59,842 nt of DNA from a virus (taxonomy: Duplodnaviria; Caudoviricetes), in the IMG/VR virus record IMGVR_UViG_3300022924_000019, positions 1 to 59,842 of that record, one strand, 5' to 3'. Both the position numbers and the translations under genes were made by a program. Shown piece after piece: positions 28,447 through 38,308 of this stretch (positions within the stretch are counted from its first letter, which is position 1; each line of letters starts with the position of its first letter). Below the pieces are notes generated by a model. It searched no databases. It worked only from the letters and a program-made list of their open reading frames with translations, and was not told the origin of the DNA.

Positions 28447-28977
28447 TTATCCGTTGGGCCGAGAGGCGTTCGTCGTCAGCCCGACCACGAGCGGAATGTA
28501 GAAGAACGCGGTGGCCGAGATCTTCTCTTCCGGTGGCCTGACGACCCCTTGGAGAATCTTTAAATCGGTGAGGAGCTTACCCAACAAGTAATGCTCAGGG
28601 AAGAGCCCTTCCCCATTGTGCTGTTTGGTCTCGATTACTCGCGAAAGGCGCCGCTCTACAAGGGCTTTCAGGTCGTAGGCCGGATCTGTCGGGTTAATCT
28701 GGTCGTCAGCGGCGAAACCTTGAAGAAGGAGCCGCCAGCCTTCGAGCTTGGTCAGGCTGTCCTTGCCAGCGTGAAGGCTCTCGACCGGCGTAGGGGCTTC
28801 CAGCAGCGCGAGGGCAGGCATCGTGACGTTGGCGCCCAGGGTCGTGCGCCCACGGAAGACCTTGTTCCGAAGATCGACCGTGTAGGGGGCCAGGGTTTCG
28901 GGGTCTTCATTGGTCGGGTTGATCCCTTCAAGAAGTTCCGTGAGGGCTCTCAGAACCTTGAGTTGCTTACTGGGCAT
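28447..28977 (-). CDS. Tail terminator-like protein
   Basis: VFRGRT..NPTDPAY; directly upstream of the major tail gene. Confidence 0.65.
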   Translation of the reverse strand: MPSKQLKVLRALTELLEGINPTNEDPETLAPYTVDLRNKVFRGRTTLGANVTMPALALLEAPTPVESLHAGKDSLTKLEGWRLLLQGFAADDQINPTDPAYDLKALVERRLSRVIETKQHNGEGLFPEHYLLGKLLTDLKILQGVVRPPEEKISATAFFYIPLVVGLTTNASRPNG

Positions 28978-28985
28978 GTCGATCT

Positions 28986-29615
28986 CTATTCGCTGCTGAG
29001 CCGGGTGAACTGACGGAAGAACTCGTCGCGTGTCATGTCGGCAATGATTTCGCTGTCGTCCACGGCCACGGACCTGAAGACCTGATCGACCGAAGGGCCG
29101 TAGAGAAGGTAGAGATTGTGCCCGAGCTGGACTGGCGACTGCTTCCGCTTGTTCAAGATCCGGTCGCCCGGCTTCAGGCGCACGGCGAGACCGACGTTGT
29201 AGTTGTCCGCCGTAAGGCTCGCCCCGGCTCTCAGACGCATCAGGAAGGCCTTCGGCATCTGCCGGGAGGTCCCAGGCTTCACCATGACCGAAACGCCGCC
29301 CTTGCGGTCGCCTGTCGCCGATACGGCGCCCTGGGCGAAGCGGGCCAGACTGGTCGGCCGTTGCCGGGCCGAAATGACGGCTTCAGGCTTACTGTTCGTG
29401 GCCTTGTCGCTGACGTAGAGCCTGTTGTTGCTCTTCAGGTAGCCGGCCGGGAAAGCGACCTCCGCCTGAACATCATCTCGAAGCAGTTTCAGGCCACCTC
29501 GGGTCGCGATCTGATTGATGGCGATGGTCTGAGCTTTGACCGAGATCTTCGGCATCCGCTCGAAATAGGAAGCCGCGTCTTCAAGGACGTCCACGCCGAA
29601 GGTCTGAAGGTCCAT
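28986..29615 (-). CDS. Neck / tail completion protein (lambda Z-like position)
   Basis: RPTSLARF, LLYGPSVDQVF. Confidence 0.65.
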   Translation of the reverse strand: MDLQTFGVDVLEDAASYFERMPKISVKAQTIAINQIATRGGLKLLRDDVQAEVAFPAGYLKSNNRLYVSDKATNSKPEAVISARQRPTSLARFAQGAVSATGDRKGGVSVMVKPGTSRQMPKAFLMRLRAGASLTADNYNVGLAVRLKPGDRILNKRKQSPVQLGHNLYLLYGPSVDQVFRSVAVDDSEIIADMTRDEFFRQFTRLSSE

Positions 29616-29971
29616 CAGACGACCCTCACAACCTGCCAGTAGACGTTGTGGGGGCCGTCCGTTGGCTCTAGGTCTTGGAGGCTGAAGACTGCGCCGCCGA
29701 GTGAAGGGATCGACACCCTTCCGCGCTCTTCCAGTTCAAGCCCGTACTCGGCCAGTTGCTCATCGCTGAAGACCAAGCGGTTGACGCCTTCGATGATCTG
29801 AACATCGAACCCCCCTTCCAGTTCGCCCAGGCGCGCGAGCTTGTTATGCCAGCGCACAGTGATGCGATCCTCGACAGCTTCGCCGTCAGGGGACGTATAG
29901 ACAGCCGAAACCGCCGCCGCCCGGTGTAGGCGACGACGGCTCGACAGTTTGATTTCGGCCGTGTTCGGCAC
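29615..29971 (-). CDS. Head-tail joining protein
   Basis: ITVRWH motif; synteny. Confidence 0.65.
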   Translation of the reverse strand: MPNTAEIKLSSRRRLHRAAAVSAVYTSPDGEAVEDRITVRWHNKLARLGELEGGFDVQIIEGVNRLVFSDEQLAEYGLELEERGRVSIPSLGGAVFSLQDLEPTDGPHNVYWQVVRVV

Positions 29972-29985
29972 AAAAGTCCCCGATC

Positions 29986-30282
29986 CTAGAGGTCGTCGTC
30001 GTCCTTGGGGTCGGGCTTCTTGGCGTCCGCGCCCTTCTTCTTCGGCGCGACGGGCTCCGGGGCATCGCCGATTTCTTCTTCGTCGATCTCGTGGCCCGCG
30101 GCGGCGGCTTCGTCCTGGGTCGGCATCCGGAGCGCCCGGTTCGGCCGGACCTCTTCGATATCGGCGACCTCGGACTTGGTGAAGTTGAACACCTTGCCGA
30201 TGGGCGGCGTGACGCGCTTGAACACGCCCTCATCGTCCTTGCGGCTCAGGTGGATGGTTTCGAGAACAACCCGCTTCGGCAT
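29986..30282 (-). CDS. Small head-associated protein (lambda FI position)
   Basis: AAGGA RBS; follows the capsid gene; ends DDDDL. Confidence 0.7.
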   Translation of the reverse strand: MPKRVVLETIHLSRKDDEGVFKRVTPPIGKVFNFTKSEVADIEEVRPNRALRMPTQDEAAAAGHEIDEEEIGDAPEPVAPKKKGADAKKPDPKDDDDL

Positions 30283-30374
30283 CTCAGAATTCCTTTAGTT
30301 CGGACTTCCATTCCCGGAAGTGATTTCGCGATTTGGCGGCCCCGCCGCTAGGACGGGACCGCCGGTTCGTAGAC

Positions 30375-31457
30375 CTAGACCACCCGCATCCGGAAGGAGT
30401 TGTTCGGGTTGGTCGGGACCATCAGCGGGGCCGACTGGGTCATGGTGAAGGTGCCGCCGGGGTCTTCCGAGTCCCATTGCTTCGGGAACATCGGAAGCGC
30501 CTTGAGCTGCGCCTTCTTGTCCATGATGGCGCCGAACGCACGGACGCCGCCGATGGCCTTGCCGACGCCGATGACGTCGCCTTCGTTGATGTAGTCGTAG
30601 GCGACGAGGTTGCCCTGTTCGTCGTACTCCTCGTAGTAGTTGGAGTACTTCCAGAGGTTCAGGCGGCCGGCGCCGTTCGGACCCGAGATCTGGCCGACGT
30701 ACTCGACCGGCGAGCCGTCCGTCAGGCCCGTGGTGTTGAAGTTCGACTCGGAGCCGCGGCGCATGTTGTCGAGCAACTTGCGCGTATCCTCGTGAGCTTC
30801 GAAGGCGTTCCAGGCGGCGTTGCCGTAGATCAGGTCGGTGATCGGCGCGCGACCCAGCGGGAAGGCCAGGGAGCGTTGAATGCCGATATCGACCAGGGGA
30901 CTCGACGTGGTCTCATCCCACTGGGCCGCGCCGACCAGGGTACTGGTCAGGGACGGATCGCGGCCGAAGGTGACGGTCACCTCCGGATAGTCCTCGCCCT
31001 TGATCACGACTTCGCCGTCCATGATGGCTTTGCAGGCCATGTGGTCCCAGCGCCGTTCGATGACCTCGCGTTCGGTCGTCAGGTTGTCGGCGACGGCGGC
31101 GTCGTAGCGTTCGTCGAGCGACAGCGGACGACCACCCGCACCGACCCCGTTCAGGGGCTCACCCGGACGCCGGGTGATCACCTTCGCCGGATTGACCTCG
31201 TGCTTGGGCTTGAGGTAGGCCGGCTTGAACTTGGCGATGGGGGTACTCAGGGTCCGCATCATGCGGCCCTGAACGTTGGGCGCGACGAACGGCGCCAGAC
31301 GGCGATCCCGCGCCGGCAGTTGATCGAAGTAGATCTCCTGCGCTTCGGAGCGATACTCACGGGTGAAGAACCGGTCCAACCACCAGCCGTCAGGCGGGGC
31401 GGCTTGATCGGAATACGTCACCTCCATGAGATCGGTGACTTCCCAAATCTCGGGCAT
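30375..31457 (-). CDS. Major capsid protein (lambda E family)
   Basis: LAPFVAP, FKPAYLKPK, MTQSAPLMVP. Confidence 0.92.
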   Translation of the reverse strand: MPEIWEVTDLMEVTYSDQAAPPDGWWLDRFFTREYRSEAQEIYFDQLPARDRRLAPFVAPNVQGRMMRTLSTPIAKFKPAYLKPKHEVNPAKVITRRPGEPLNGVGAGGRPLSLDERYDAAVADNLTTEREVIERRWDHMACKAIMDGEVVIKGEDYPEVTVTFGRDPSLTSTLVGAAQWDETTSSPLVDIGIQRSLAFPLGRAPITDLIYGNAAWNAFEAHEDTRKLLDNMRRGSESNFNTTGLTDGSPVEYVGQISGPNGAGRLNLWKYSNYYEEYDEQGNLVAYDYINEGDVIGVGKAIGGVRAFGAIMDKKAQLKALPMFPKQWDSEDPGGTFTMTQSAPLMVPTNPNNSFRMRVV

Positions 31458-31499
31458 CTCGTTGGTATCCTTTCAGTAGAGGTCCGGCCGGGTGCCCGA

Positions 31500-32195
31500 C
31501 TAGAACAGGGTGGCGACGCTGAGCGCGCCGAGGGGCGGGAAGACGTGCTTGCGCTGGGCGAACGTGGTGACGCCCGCGGGCCAGACCAGGGCGGCGTGAT
31601 TGAACACTCCACCGCGATAGTACGGACCCCACTTCCCGGCCTTCACCGGCTGGGCCAGGATGCCCGCCGGTTCGCTCTCGGCTTCCTCGCTGCCGCCGAC
31701 CAGGGTGGCGGCGCCGAACGCCGTGTTGGTGCCGGCCTCGGTCGTGGTGATCGAGTTGCCGACCACGCCCGGTTCGATGGCCGTCAGGGTGATCGCGGCG
31801 GCAGCGCCGGAGGCCTTGACGCCCGTCTCGTCGGGGTGCGCGTTGACGTAGGCCTTGAGGTTCTGGGCGGTCAGCGTGGCCGAGGCGCCGATGTTGATCT
31901 GGGGTCCGACAGCGCCGCTCGCCTTAAGCGTGATGACGTGGCCGTTGATCGTGATCGTGTCGTCGGCGGTGCCGACACCGCTGAAGGTCAGAACACCCTG
32001 GGCGGCGCCCGCGTCCGGGTTCCAGGGAACCATCAGGCCGCTCTCGTCGAAGGCGAAGACCCGGAACTGTTCGAGATCGACAGCGCCAGCTTGGGCGCGG
32101 TCGGTGACGACCGGAGCTTCACCCGCGAAGAGATCGGTCGGGATCGGTTGATCCTGACTGGTGACGCCCCCGGCGAGCAAGTTGGGATAGGACAT
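31500..32195 (-). CDS. Head decoration protein (lambda D-like) with inserted domain
   Basis: LFAGEAP..; GILAQ..YYRGGVFNHAALVWP. Confidence 0.82.
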   Translation of the reverse strand: MSYPNLLAGGVTSQDQPIPTDLFAGEAPVVTDRAQAGAVDLEQFRVFAFDESGLMVPWNPDAGAAQGVLTFSGVGTADDTITINGHVITLKASGAVGPQINIGASATLTAQNLKAYVNAHPDETGVKASGAAAAITLTAIEPGVVGNSITTTEAGTNTAFGAATLVGGSEEAESEPAGILAQPVKAGKWGPYYRGGVFNHAALVWPAGVTTFAQRKHVFPPLGALSVATLF

Positions 32196-32239
32196 AGCGA
32201 AGAAAACCTTTCAGGTTCGAGTTGATCCGAGCGCGCGGC

Positions 32240-32695
32240 CTAGTGGAAGTGCTTGACGCGCGTGTCCGCCGCCTTGGCCGTGCCCAGACCGGCGTTCGCC
32301 ATGGCGACTTGCGCACGGCTGAGCTTCTGGCCGTTGGCGTCGAGACCGGCGCCCAGTTGCGGGTTGTCGCTGTTGTCCATCGCGGCGGAGAACGCGCCCT
32401 CACCGACAGCGGCGGGGGCGGCGGCAGCAGCCGGGGTGGTCGGCGCGGCAGCGGCGGGGGCCGGAGTGGTGGCCTTCCCGGCGGCGTCGGCCTTGAGGGC
32501 GCCGATGGCGGCTTCAGCAGTCATATCGGTCTTGGTCGCGAAGTAGTTGGCGAGGGGCACGTTGGCCTTGCCTTCTTCGGAGTCCATGATCGCGGACATG
32601 CGGTCGCGCTCGGCTTTCTGAACAGCCCCCACGTCCACGGCGGGCGCGGCGGCGGCGGCTTCCGGGGTTCCCGGCTTGGTGGCGGCAGTCGTCAT
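32240..32695 (-). CDS. Nested in-frame scaffold (Nu3-like)
   Basis: Internal GGAG/GAGG RBS before MTTAATKPG; Ala-rich C-terminal region. Confidence 0.6.
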   Translation of the reverse strand: MTTAATKPGTPEAAAAAPAVDVGAVQKAERDRMSAIMDSEEGKANVPLANYFATKTDMTAEAAIGALKADAAGKATTPAPAAAAPTTPAAAAAPAAVGEGAFSAAMDNSDNPQLGAGLDANGQKLSRAQVAMANAGLGTAKAADTRVKHFH

Positions 32696-33628
32696 TTCTT
32701 CGTCCTCATCTCCGTTAGGCTGGTCATCGCCCAGCTCAGCCAGGAAGCTCGCCACCGCATCGGTTGGCGTCTCGACTGCGTCGATCAGCTTGAGTTCCAG
32801 AGCTTCATCAGCCCGGTAGCATCTCGACTCAGTATCTCGAACCGACTCAGTAGTAAGATCGGCCCGATTCTTAACCACAAGTCCGATGAATTCACCATAC
32901 CGCTTCTTCACAGAGGCGCGAATATCGGCAAGCACCTCATCGGAGAGGGCTTCGTAGGGGTTTCCGTCAGTCTTGTGCGGGCCTTCACCGATGAGGGTGA
33001 TCTTCAGGCCCCAGTCTTTGTAGAACTTGCTCATATCGACGTGCATGGCGACTACGCCAATACTTCCCGCCTGCCCGGAGGGCGTGACGACGAGCTTCGT
33101 GCAGGCCGACGCGATGGCATAGGCCGCCGAACAGCAGTTGGAGTCGACCACGGCCAGAAGTGATTTCCGATCTCGGGCCGTCCGGATCTCGTCGGCCAGT
33201 TCGAAGCATCCGGCCGCTTCGCCGCCGAAGCTGTTGACGTCGAAGACGATCAGCTCGACGTCGTCGTCTTCGAGCGCGGCATTGAGCATGGCCCGGATGA
33301 AGTTGTATCCCGTCACGAAACCCCAGCAGCCGAAGAACCGGTTGATGAGCGCGCCGTGAACCGGGATGATCGCCACCCCGTTCGAGAACGCGAAGGGCTT
33401 GTCGTTCACGCGGGAGCCGTAGCCGTAGTGCATGGCGAGCTGATCGAGGCGCCGGCTGAGATGCGCTTCTTCCAGCGTCTCGTCGGTGACCCCGGCCAGT
33501 TGGCGAAGGCTGTTGGCGAACGCATTCTGCTGGCCGCGCATGATCAGCGCGTCCGTCATGTGCATCCGCGACAACGCGGCTACGGCGACTTCCATGCCGA
33601 GACTGTTGGTGACAATGGCGCGGCTCAT
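32240..33628 (-). CDS. Prohead protease, S49 family
   Basis: IIPVHGAL, DVNSFGGE, SAAYAIAS, GSIGVV. Confidence 0.92.
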   Translation of the reverse strand: MSRAIVTNSLGMEVAVAALSRMHMTDALIMRGQQNAFANSLRQLAGVTDETLEEAHLSRRLDQLAMHYGYGSRVNDKPFAFSNGVAIIPVHGALINRFFGCWGFVTGYNFIRAMLNAALEDDDVELIVFDVNSFGGEAAGCFELADEIRTARDRKSLLAVVDSNCCSAAYAIASACTKLVVTPSGQAGSIGVVAMHVDMSKFYKDWGLKITLIGEGPHKTDGNPYEALSDEVLADIRASVKKRYGEFIGLVVKNRADLTTESVRDTESRCYRADEALELKLIDAVETPTDAVASFLAELGDDQPNGDEDEEMTTAATKPGTPEAAAAAPAVDVGAVQKAERDRMSAIMDSEEGKANVPLANYFATKTDMTAEAAIGALKADAAGKATTPAPAAAAPTTPAAAAAPAAVGEGAFSAAMDNSDNPQLGAGLDANGQKLSRAQVAMANAGLGTAKAADTRVKHFH

Positions 33629-35295
33629 AGCTCGTCGTCCTCTTGGTTGTTCTGTCCGTTGTCGTTGTTGGCCTTGGGATCTTCAGCCGCGCCGCCCGAG
33701 CTGGGCTTGTTCGAGCTGAGATCGAAGACCAGTTGCCCGACTTCGCGCGCCTTCCGTTCCCGGACTTGCTGCGCGTAGATATCCCGGAAGTCGTAGCCCA
33801 GGCGCGAGACCTCGATCTCGTAGGTCGAAAGACCCGAGGCGATCCGGAGAATGGCCGCCTGGGTTTCCTTCAGCTCATCGATCTGGCCCTTGCCCGCGCC
33901 GACCCAGGTGGCCTTGCAGAAGGCTTCCTTGGCGAGCGGCAGATAGAAGGCCTGACGGCTCACACCTCGCGGCAGCGGCACGTTGCCGTTGGCAATCTCT
34001 TCCTCAAGCACGAGGCTATAGATGCCGTTGGCGAGCCGGTCGGCCGTGCCCTTCTTCTTCGCCTTCATCGTCTTGTCCGTGCTGGCGAACGCGCCCTTGA
34101 GCCCGGAATAGCTGATGCCCGAGAAGTCCCGCGAAAACTCCTCGAAGGAGATGCCGAGGGCGGCACAGGTGTGCCTCAGAAGTGATTTCCCATAATCGCC
34201 GCCCATGCCGCCGGGCGTGCCGAGGGCTTGGGTCTTCATTGACGTGCCCGGCGGCAGGACGGGGATCTTCACGCCGTCAATGGTGACGTTGTTGGCGGCC
34301 CCGAAGTAGGCCGACAGCATCCCCATGTAGCTGCCCATAGCAGCCGTGAAGTTCTCCGAGCCGGAATTCCCGCCCATGGCCGAATAGACGGCATCGGGCG
34401 GCATCTCGGTTTCGATGGCGGCGGCGTAGCTGGCGTTGATGACCGCTTGCTGAAGGGTCAGCTCATCGAAATGCTTGGTCATCCGCATGTTCTTGAGGAC
34501 CGACACGATATCGGCGATCCCCCGCGACTGACCGGGTTCTTGTTGCTCGTAGATATGAATGATCTGACGACGGCCCCACGGCTTGCGGGCCGGGATATAG
34601 CGCCACTGCCAGCTCTTCACCGAGGCATAGTAGTCCCCCGGATGCGCCTCACGGAACCAGTAGCCTTGCGGCTTGCCCCGTGCATTGATCGCCACGCCGC
34701 GACGAAGAAACTCATCGTCCGCCTGCCCATTCGGGTTGCTCATCCGGGCAGCGGAGACCATCTGAACGGCGGTCTTGAGCGGCCGGCGCGGATCGTCCTT
34801 CAGCCACTCGGCCGCCGCAATGATTTCGCCGCCCAGGACCGCGCCCCCGACGCCCAGGCGGATCAGCTCCGTGAACGTGTTGGTGCCCGAGGCGTCCAGC
34901 CAGCAGTCGTCGGACTCGGCGATCAGGTCAAAGCGGGCCTCGACCATCTCCTGAAACTCGGTCGCCCAGGTTTCGTCGAACGACTTCCCGGTGATGCTCG
35001 CCAGCACCTTCCAGACGGGCTTTGCGTTCAGGCGATAGTGCGCCCCGACGATGCTGTCTTTGTTGATCGTGACGGCGCCGCGGGTGTAGCCGTCGTTGTT
35101 GTTCATATCCCGGCCGCGGGCGTCGGCCATGGACTTGACGCTGTTGACGATGCGGTCGGGTGAACCCATGTGCGGGTTCCACAAAGCCGTCTCGCGGCTC
35201 GTGCGCTCGGCCCCTTCGAGCCCTCCGCCCATGGCTGATTCGGTTACGCCCGGCGTCTCGGCGACCATGATGGGCAGTTGGGGTGCAGCGCGCAT
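33625..35295 (-). CDS. Portal protein, lambda family
   Basis: PWGRRQIIHIYE..GQSRG; SYSG; IDELKE. Confidence 0.92.
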   Translation of the reverse strand: MRAAPQLPIMVAETPGVTESAMGGGLEGAERTSRETALWNPHMGSPDRIVNSVKSMADARGRDMNNNDGYTRGAVTINKDSIVGAHYRLNAKPVWKVLASITGKSFDETWATEFQEMVEARFDLIAESDDCWLDASGTNTFTELIRLGVGGAVLGGEIIAAAEWLKDDPRRPLKTAVQMVSAARMSNPNGQADDEFLRRGVAINARGKPQGYWFREAHPGDYYASVKSWQWRYIPARKPWGRRQIIHIYEQQEPGQSRGIADIVSVLKNMRMTKHFDELTLQQAVINASYAAAIETEMPPDAVYSAMGGNSGSENFTAAMGSYMGMLSAYFGAANNVTIDGVKIPVLPPGTSMKTQALGTPGGMGGDYGKSLLRHTCAALGISFEEFSRDFSGISYSGLKGAFASTDKTMKAKKKGTADRLANGIYSLVLEEEIANGNVPLPRGVSRQAFYLPLAKEAFCKATWVGAGKGQIDELKETQAAILRIASGLSTYEIEVSRLGYDFRDIYAQQVRERKAREVGQLVFDLSSNKPSSGGAAEDPKANNDNGQNNQEDDEL

Positions 35296-35531
35296 CAGAA
35301 CACGAACCCTAGAGGCTTGGAGCCGTATCCGCCGGTCGGCGCGTCCGGAAGTTGGGCCTTCAACGACAAGATGTAGGCGTACAGGGCCGACCTATTGGCT
35401 TGACTATAAACGGTTTTTTCCCCGTTCTGGTCCGTGAACTCCCGAAGAGAGGCCGCCGTCATCAGATCGTGGTAGGCGGTTTCGGCCTCCAAGATTTTCT
35501 TCTTGAGAGCCAGAATTTCGGCGTCGGTCAT
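35295..35531 (-). CDS. Head-to-tail joining protein (gpW-like)
   Basis: AYHDLMT..DQNGEKTVYS.AN..LYAYI. Confidence 0.82.
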   Translation of the reverse strand: MTDAEILALKKKILEAETAYHDLMTAASLREFTDQNGEKTVYSQANRSALYAYILSLKAQLPDAPTGGYGSKPLGFVF

Positions 35532-35544
35532 TGTCAAAGCTCGT

Positions 35545-37671
35545 TCAAGCAAGTGCTTTGCCGAAAGCGGCGAAATCAGCTTCAGTCACCTTGGGTAGAG
35601 CAAACCGGACGTCTTGACTAGCCTCAAAGACAAGTGAGTTCTTGTCCCACGGCGCGCACCAGTTCGGAGCCTTGTTCCAGTCAAGTCCTTCGACCCCGAT
35701 TAGTTGCGAGATGCAGACGCCAATGCAGTAATACATGAGGTCCCACGCTTCGTTGCGTGTATGCGGCGGTCGCTCCCAGCCCTTATCCGTCCGTAGCTCT
35801 ACGCAAAGCTCGGCGTAGAACCAGTCAGGCAGCCATTCGGGGAAACGCACGAGCCCCGCGCCCGGCACCATGCAATCGAGCCTGTTGGACAGCATGTCCT
35901 TGACGGTGTTCGAGTGGATCATCAGAACGGGGACGTCGCCCTGCGCAGCCGCCTTGGTCTTGGTGTTGTTCGAGTCGGGGTGCGTAATCCGGGTGCGGGG
36001 CGCAGTCGGTGTCGAGTCACCTTTTACCAGGGTGAAGCGGCCGGCGAGCCCTTCCTTGCGAAGTTTCCGGTAGTACTCATAGGCGTTCGCCGTCACACCC
36101 GCCTTACCGCCAGAGTCGCAAGCCGTGATCTTGACCATCATCCGTTTCGACGGGTCGCCCTCTAACGGGTAGGTCCGCTTGATCACCTGTTCGGTGATGA
36201 GGTCCCAGTCTTCAAGGTACGTCCCTGGCTTGACCCACTGGATTTGCCCGTCGTCGTCCAGGCGGTCGGCGGACAACCTGATCTGGAACCTATCGACGAT
36301 AGTGATATCGAACGGAGAGCCTGGGCAGATGCCGTGGACCTGAACGATGAAGAGGTTCTGGCCGACGTCCACGGTCGCGGTCAGGAACCGAACTCCTTCA
36401 GGAACACAAGGCTCATCCTTCGTCCCGCCGATAGCCTCGGCCCTGGCTTGCAGAACTTCCGGAAGCCGGAGCGACTCGAGAGCCTTCGGCAGATAAGGCT
36501 CGCCCAGGTCGGTGTTGTAGAACTTGATCAGCGACAGTTCGCTGCCCGTGCGCTCGAAATCCTTCTCTGCTTCGATGTAGATGACGACGAGGTCGATCCA
36601 CGTCACGAACGCCGCGGCAACCCCATTCAGCCAGAAAGAGGCGATCTTCGACCTGATCTCCGGGCCGTAGATGTTGCCTTCTTCGTCGATCTCCTGGCCG
36701 TCCTTGACCCAGCGAGCTTTGCGCAACATCTCCTTGCGGGCCTCGGGCCAGATCTCTTCGTTACACTTGGGGCAAATCATGCGGACAGTCTCGGCCGCCA
36801 GCAGCGGATTGGACTTCTTGTCCCACGTCAGCATCTTGAAGTTGCCTTCGAAATAATTTCCGCAATGCGGACAAGGCCACTTCAGCCGACGCCGGTCCCC
36901 CCGATTGTAGAGGCTCAGAATGCCTTTGCACGGCGGTGCCTCATGAGGGGTCTTCCTGACCCACTTCGGGTCCTTGATCGGCCGTGACGGCGAAGACTCG
37001 GCCACGCACATGCCGAAACTTCGGAACGTGGTGGTGCGCTTAAGGCCCAGATCGAAAGGCTCGCCCTCCCCCTCAATGTCATCGTCCATCCGGTCTCGGT
37101 CGGTCAGTACGACCCGGCCAATGGGGCGACCGGCGAACTCGGCTCGGGACGGCCAGGAGATCGTGAGGATCATGCCGCTCTTGTAGTGCTTGTCGAATTT
37201 GTTGTCGGCTTCCTTCTCCGAGCGCATCATGTCGCCGAGATCGGCGCTGTTGTGGTGCATCCGGTCGATACGGCGAACTGAGAAGTCGCGAGCCGCCGCC
37301 TGAGTCGGCGAATAGACGATCATGTCCATCGGATCGACCTTGATCGAATATGCGATGGTGTTGAGGATGAGGCCCTGGGTCTTGCCCGATTGCGCTGGCC
37401 CAACGAAGATCAGGCCGCTGAAGACCCGCGAATTGAATTCGTTCATCGGCTCGACCATGTAGGGAGCCTGATCGTTCTCGTAGTAGCCGACATGGGCGCC
37501 GGGCTGGTTGATGTAGACGTACTTCTCCGCCGCCTCGGACACCAGCATCCGTTCAGGCGGTTTCAGCAGTTCAGAGAGTCCAACGACGAGCTGGCCGAGC
37601 GACTTAAAGGTCGTCGTCCAAGTCGTCTGATCCGTCGAACTCTGTTGCGATTCCAACTTTCGGAGGGACAT
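35545..37671 (-). CDS. terL: Terminase large subunit (GpA family)
   Basis: GPAQSGKT Walker A; ESSP; CPHC/CPKC; TVDV; RNEAWD; start site uncertain. Confidence 0.93.
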   Translation of the reverse strand: MSLRKLESQQSSTDQTTWTTTFKSLGQLVVGLSELLKPPERMLVSEAAEKYVYINQPGAHVGYYENDQAPYMVEPMNEFNSRVFSGLIFVGPAQSGKTQGLILNTIAYSIKVDPMDMIVYSPTQAAARDFSVRRIDRMHHNSADLGDMMRSEKEADNKFDKHYKSGMILTISWPSRAEFAGRPIGRVVLTDRDRMDDDIEGEGEPFDLGLKRTTTFRSFGMCVAESSPSRPIKDPKWVRKTPHEAPPCKGILSLYNRGDRRRLKWPCPHCGNYFEGNFKMLTWDKKSNPLLAAETVRMICPKCNEEIWPEARKEMLRKARWVKDGQEIDEEGNIYGPEIRSKIASFWLNGVAAAFVTWIDLVVIYIEAEKDFERTGSELSLIKFYNTDLGEPYLPKALESLRLPEVLQARAEAIGGTKDEPCVPEGVRFLTATVDVGQNLFIVQVHGICPGSPFDITIVDRFQIRLSADRLDDDGQIQWVKPGTYLEDWDLITEQVIKRTYPLEGDPSKRMMVKITACDSGGKAGVTANAYEYYRKLRKEGLAGRFTLVKGDSTPTAPRTRITHPDSNNTKTKAAAQGDVPVLMIHSNTVKDMLSNRLDCMVPGAGLVRFPEWLPDWFYAELCVELRTDKGWERPPHTRNEAWDLMYYCIGVCISQLIGVEGLDWNKAPNWCAPWDKNSLVFEASQDVRFALPKVTEADFAAFGKALA

Positions 37672-38308
37672 AGAATGTGTCGTCTTCGTCTGGGGTTTCG
37701 TCGTCGCCCGAACCGGGGGCGACCGACAGGTCATTGCCGAAGGTCTCGACGATCCGCTTGCGCATCGTCTCTAGGGCTTGGTCGATCAGCTTTTGCAGCG
37801 CGTCTCGCTGCGCCACGGACAACGGGGATTCCCGGTCGATGGAATCCGGCATGAGCAACAGGCCCATGCGGACGATCTTGATCACCTCGGACATGGCCTC
37901 GGCGACTTTGTCAGTGCGCCAGAGGTCTCCGTTAGATTCGAGGAACGCCAGCTTGGCACGCCGGCCGTTCCAGTACTCTTTCGAGACCAGGGCGGGCAAG
38001 TCCTGGGGCCGCATCCGTTTGATGTACTCTTCAATGTCGCCCGCGGGCTTCACCAGATACGGCGCGAGGTCTCGAATGTGGAACAGATCTCGGCCGTTCC
38101 TCTGGCCTGAAGGCTTCAGATCAGTCCAGGGGACTTTCGCCAGAATAGTCCGGCGGTCCATCTTGAAGATGATCTCGGCGTCCGCGACCGTAATGCCCCG
38201 GTATAGGGCGTGTTTGGCCTCGGCTTCGGTCATCGCCTCCATCTTGGCGACACCGAACGACCCCGCGGGTCGCCCTGCCTTGTCTTTCTTGACTGATTGA
38301 TTCGTCAT
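37604..38308 (-). CDS. terS: Terminase small subunit
   Basis: N-terminal HTH; LP..SKEYW..GDLWRT; overlaps the terL start. Confidence 0.8.
   Translation of the reverse strand: MTNQSVKKDKAGRPAGSFGVAKMEAMTEAEAKHALYRGITVADAEIIFKMDRRTILAKVPWTDLKPSGQRNGRDLFHIRDLAPYLVKPAGDIEEYIKRMRPQDLPALVSKEYWNGRRAKLAFLESNGDLWRTDKVAEAMSEVIKIVRMGLLLMPDSIDRESPLSVAQRDALQKLIDQALETMRKRIVETFGNDLSVAPGSGDDETPDEDDTFYVPPKVGIATEFDGSDDLDDDL

Noticed and set aside
27677-32003. Duplicated domain as a DGR template/variable repeat or inversion system
   Set aside because: No reverse transcriptase or invertase; the differences are not adenine-specific and both copies are coding.
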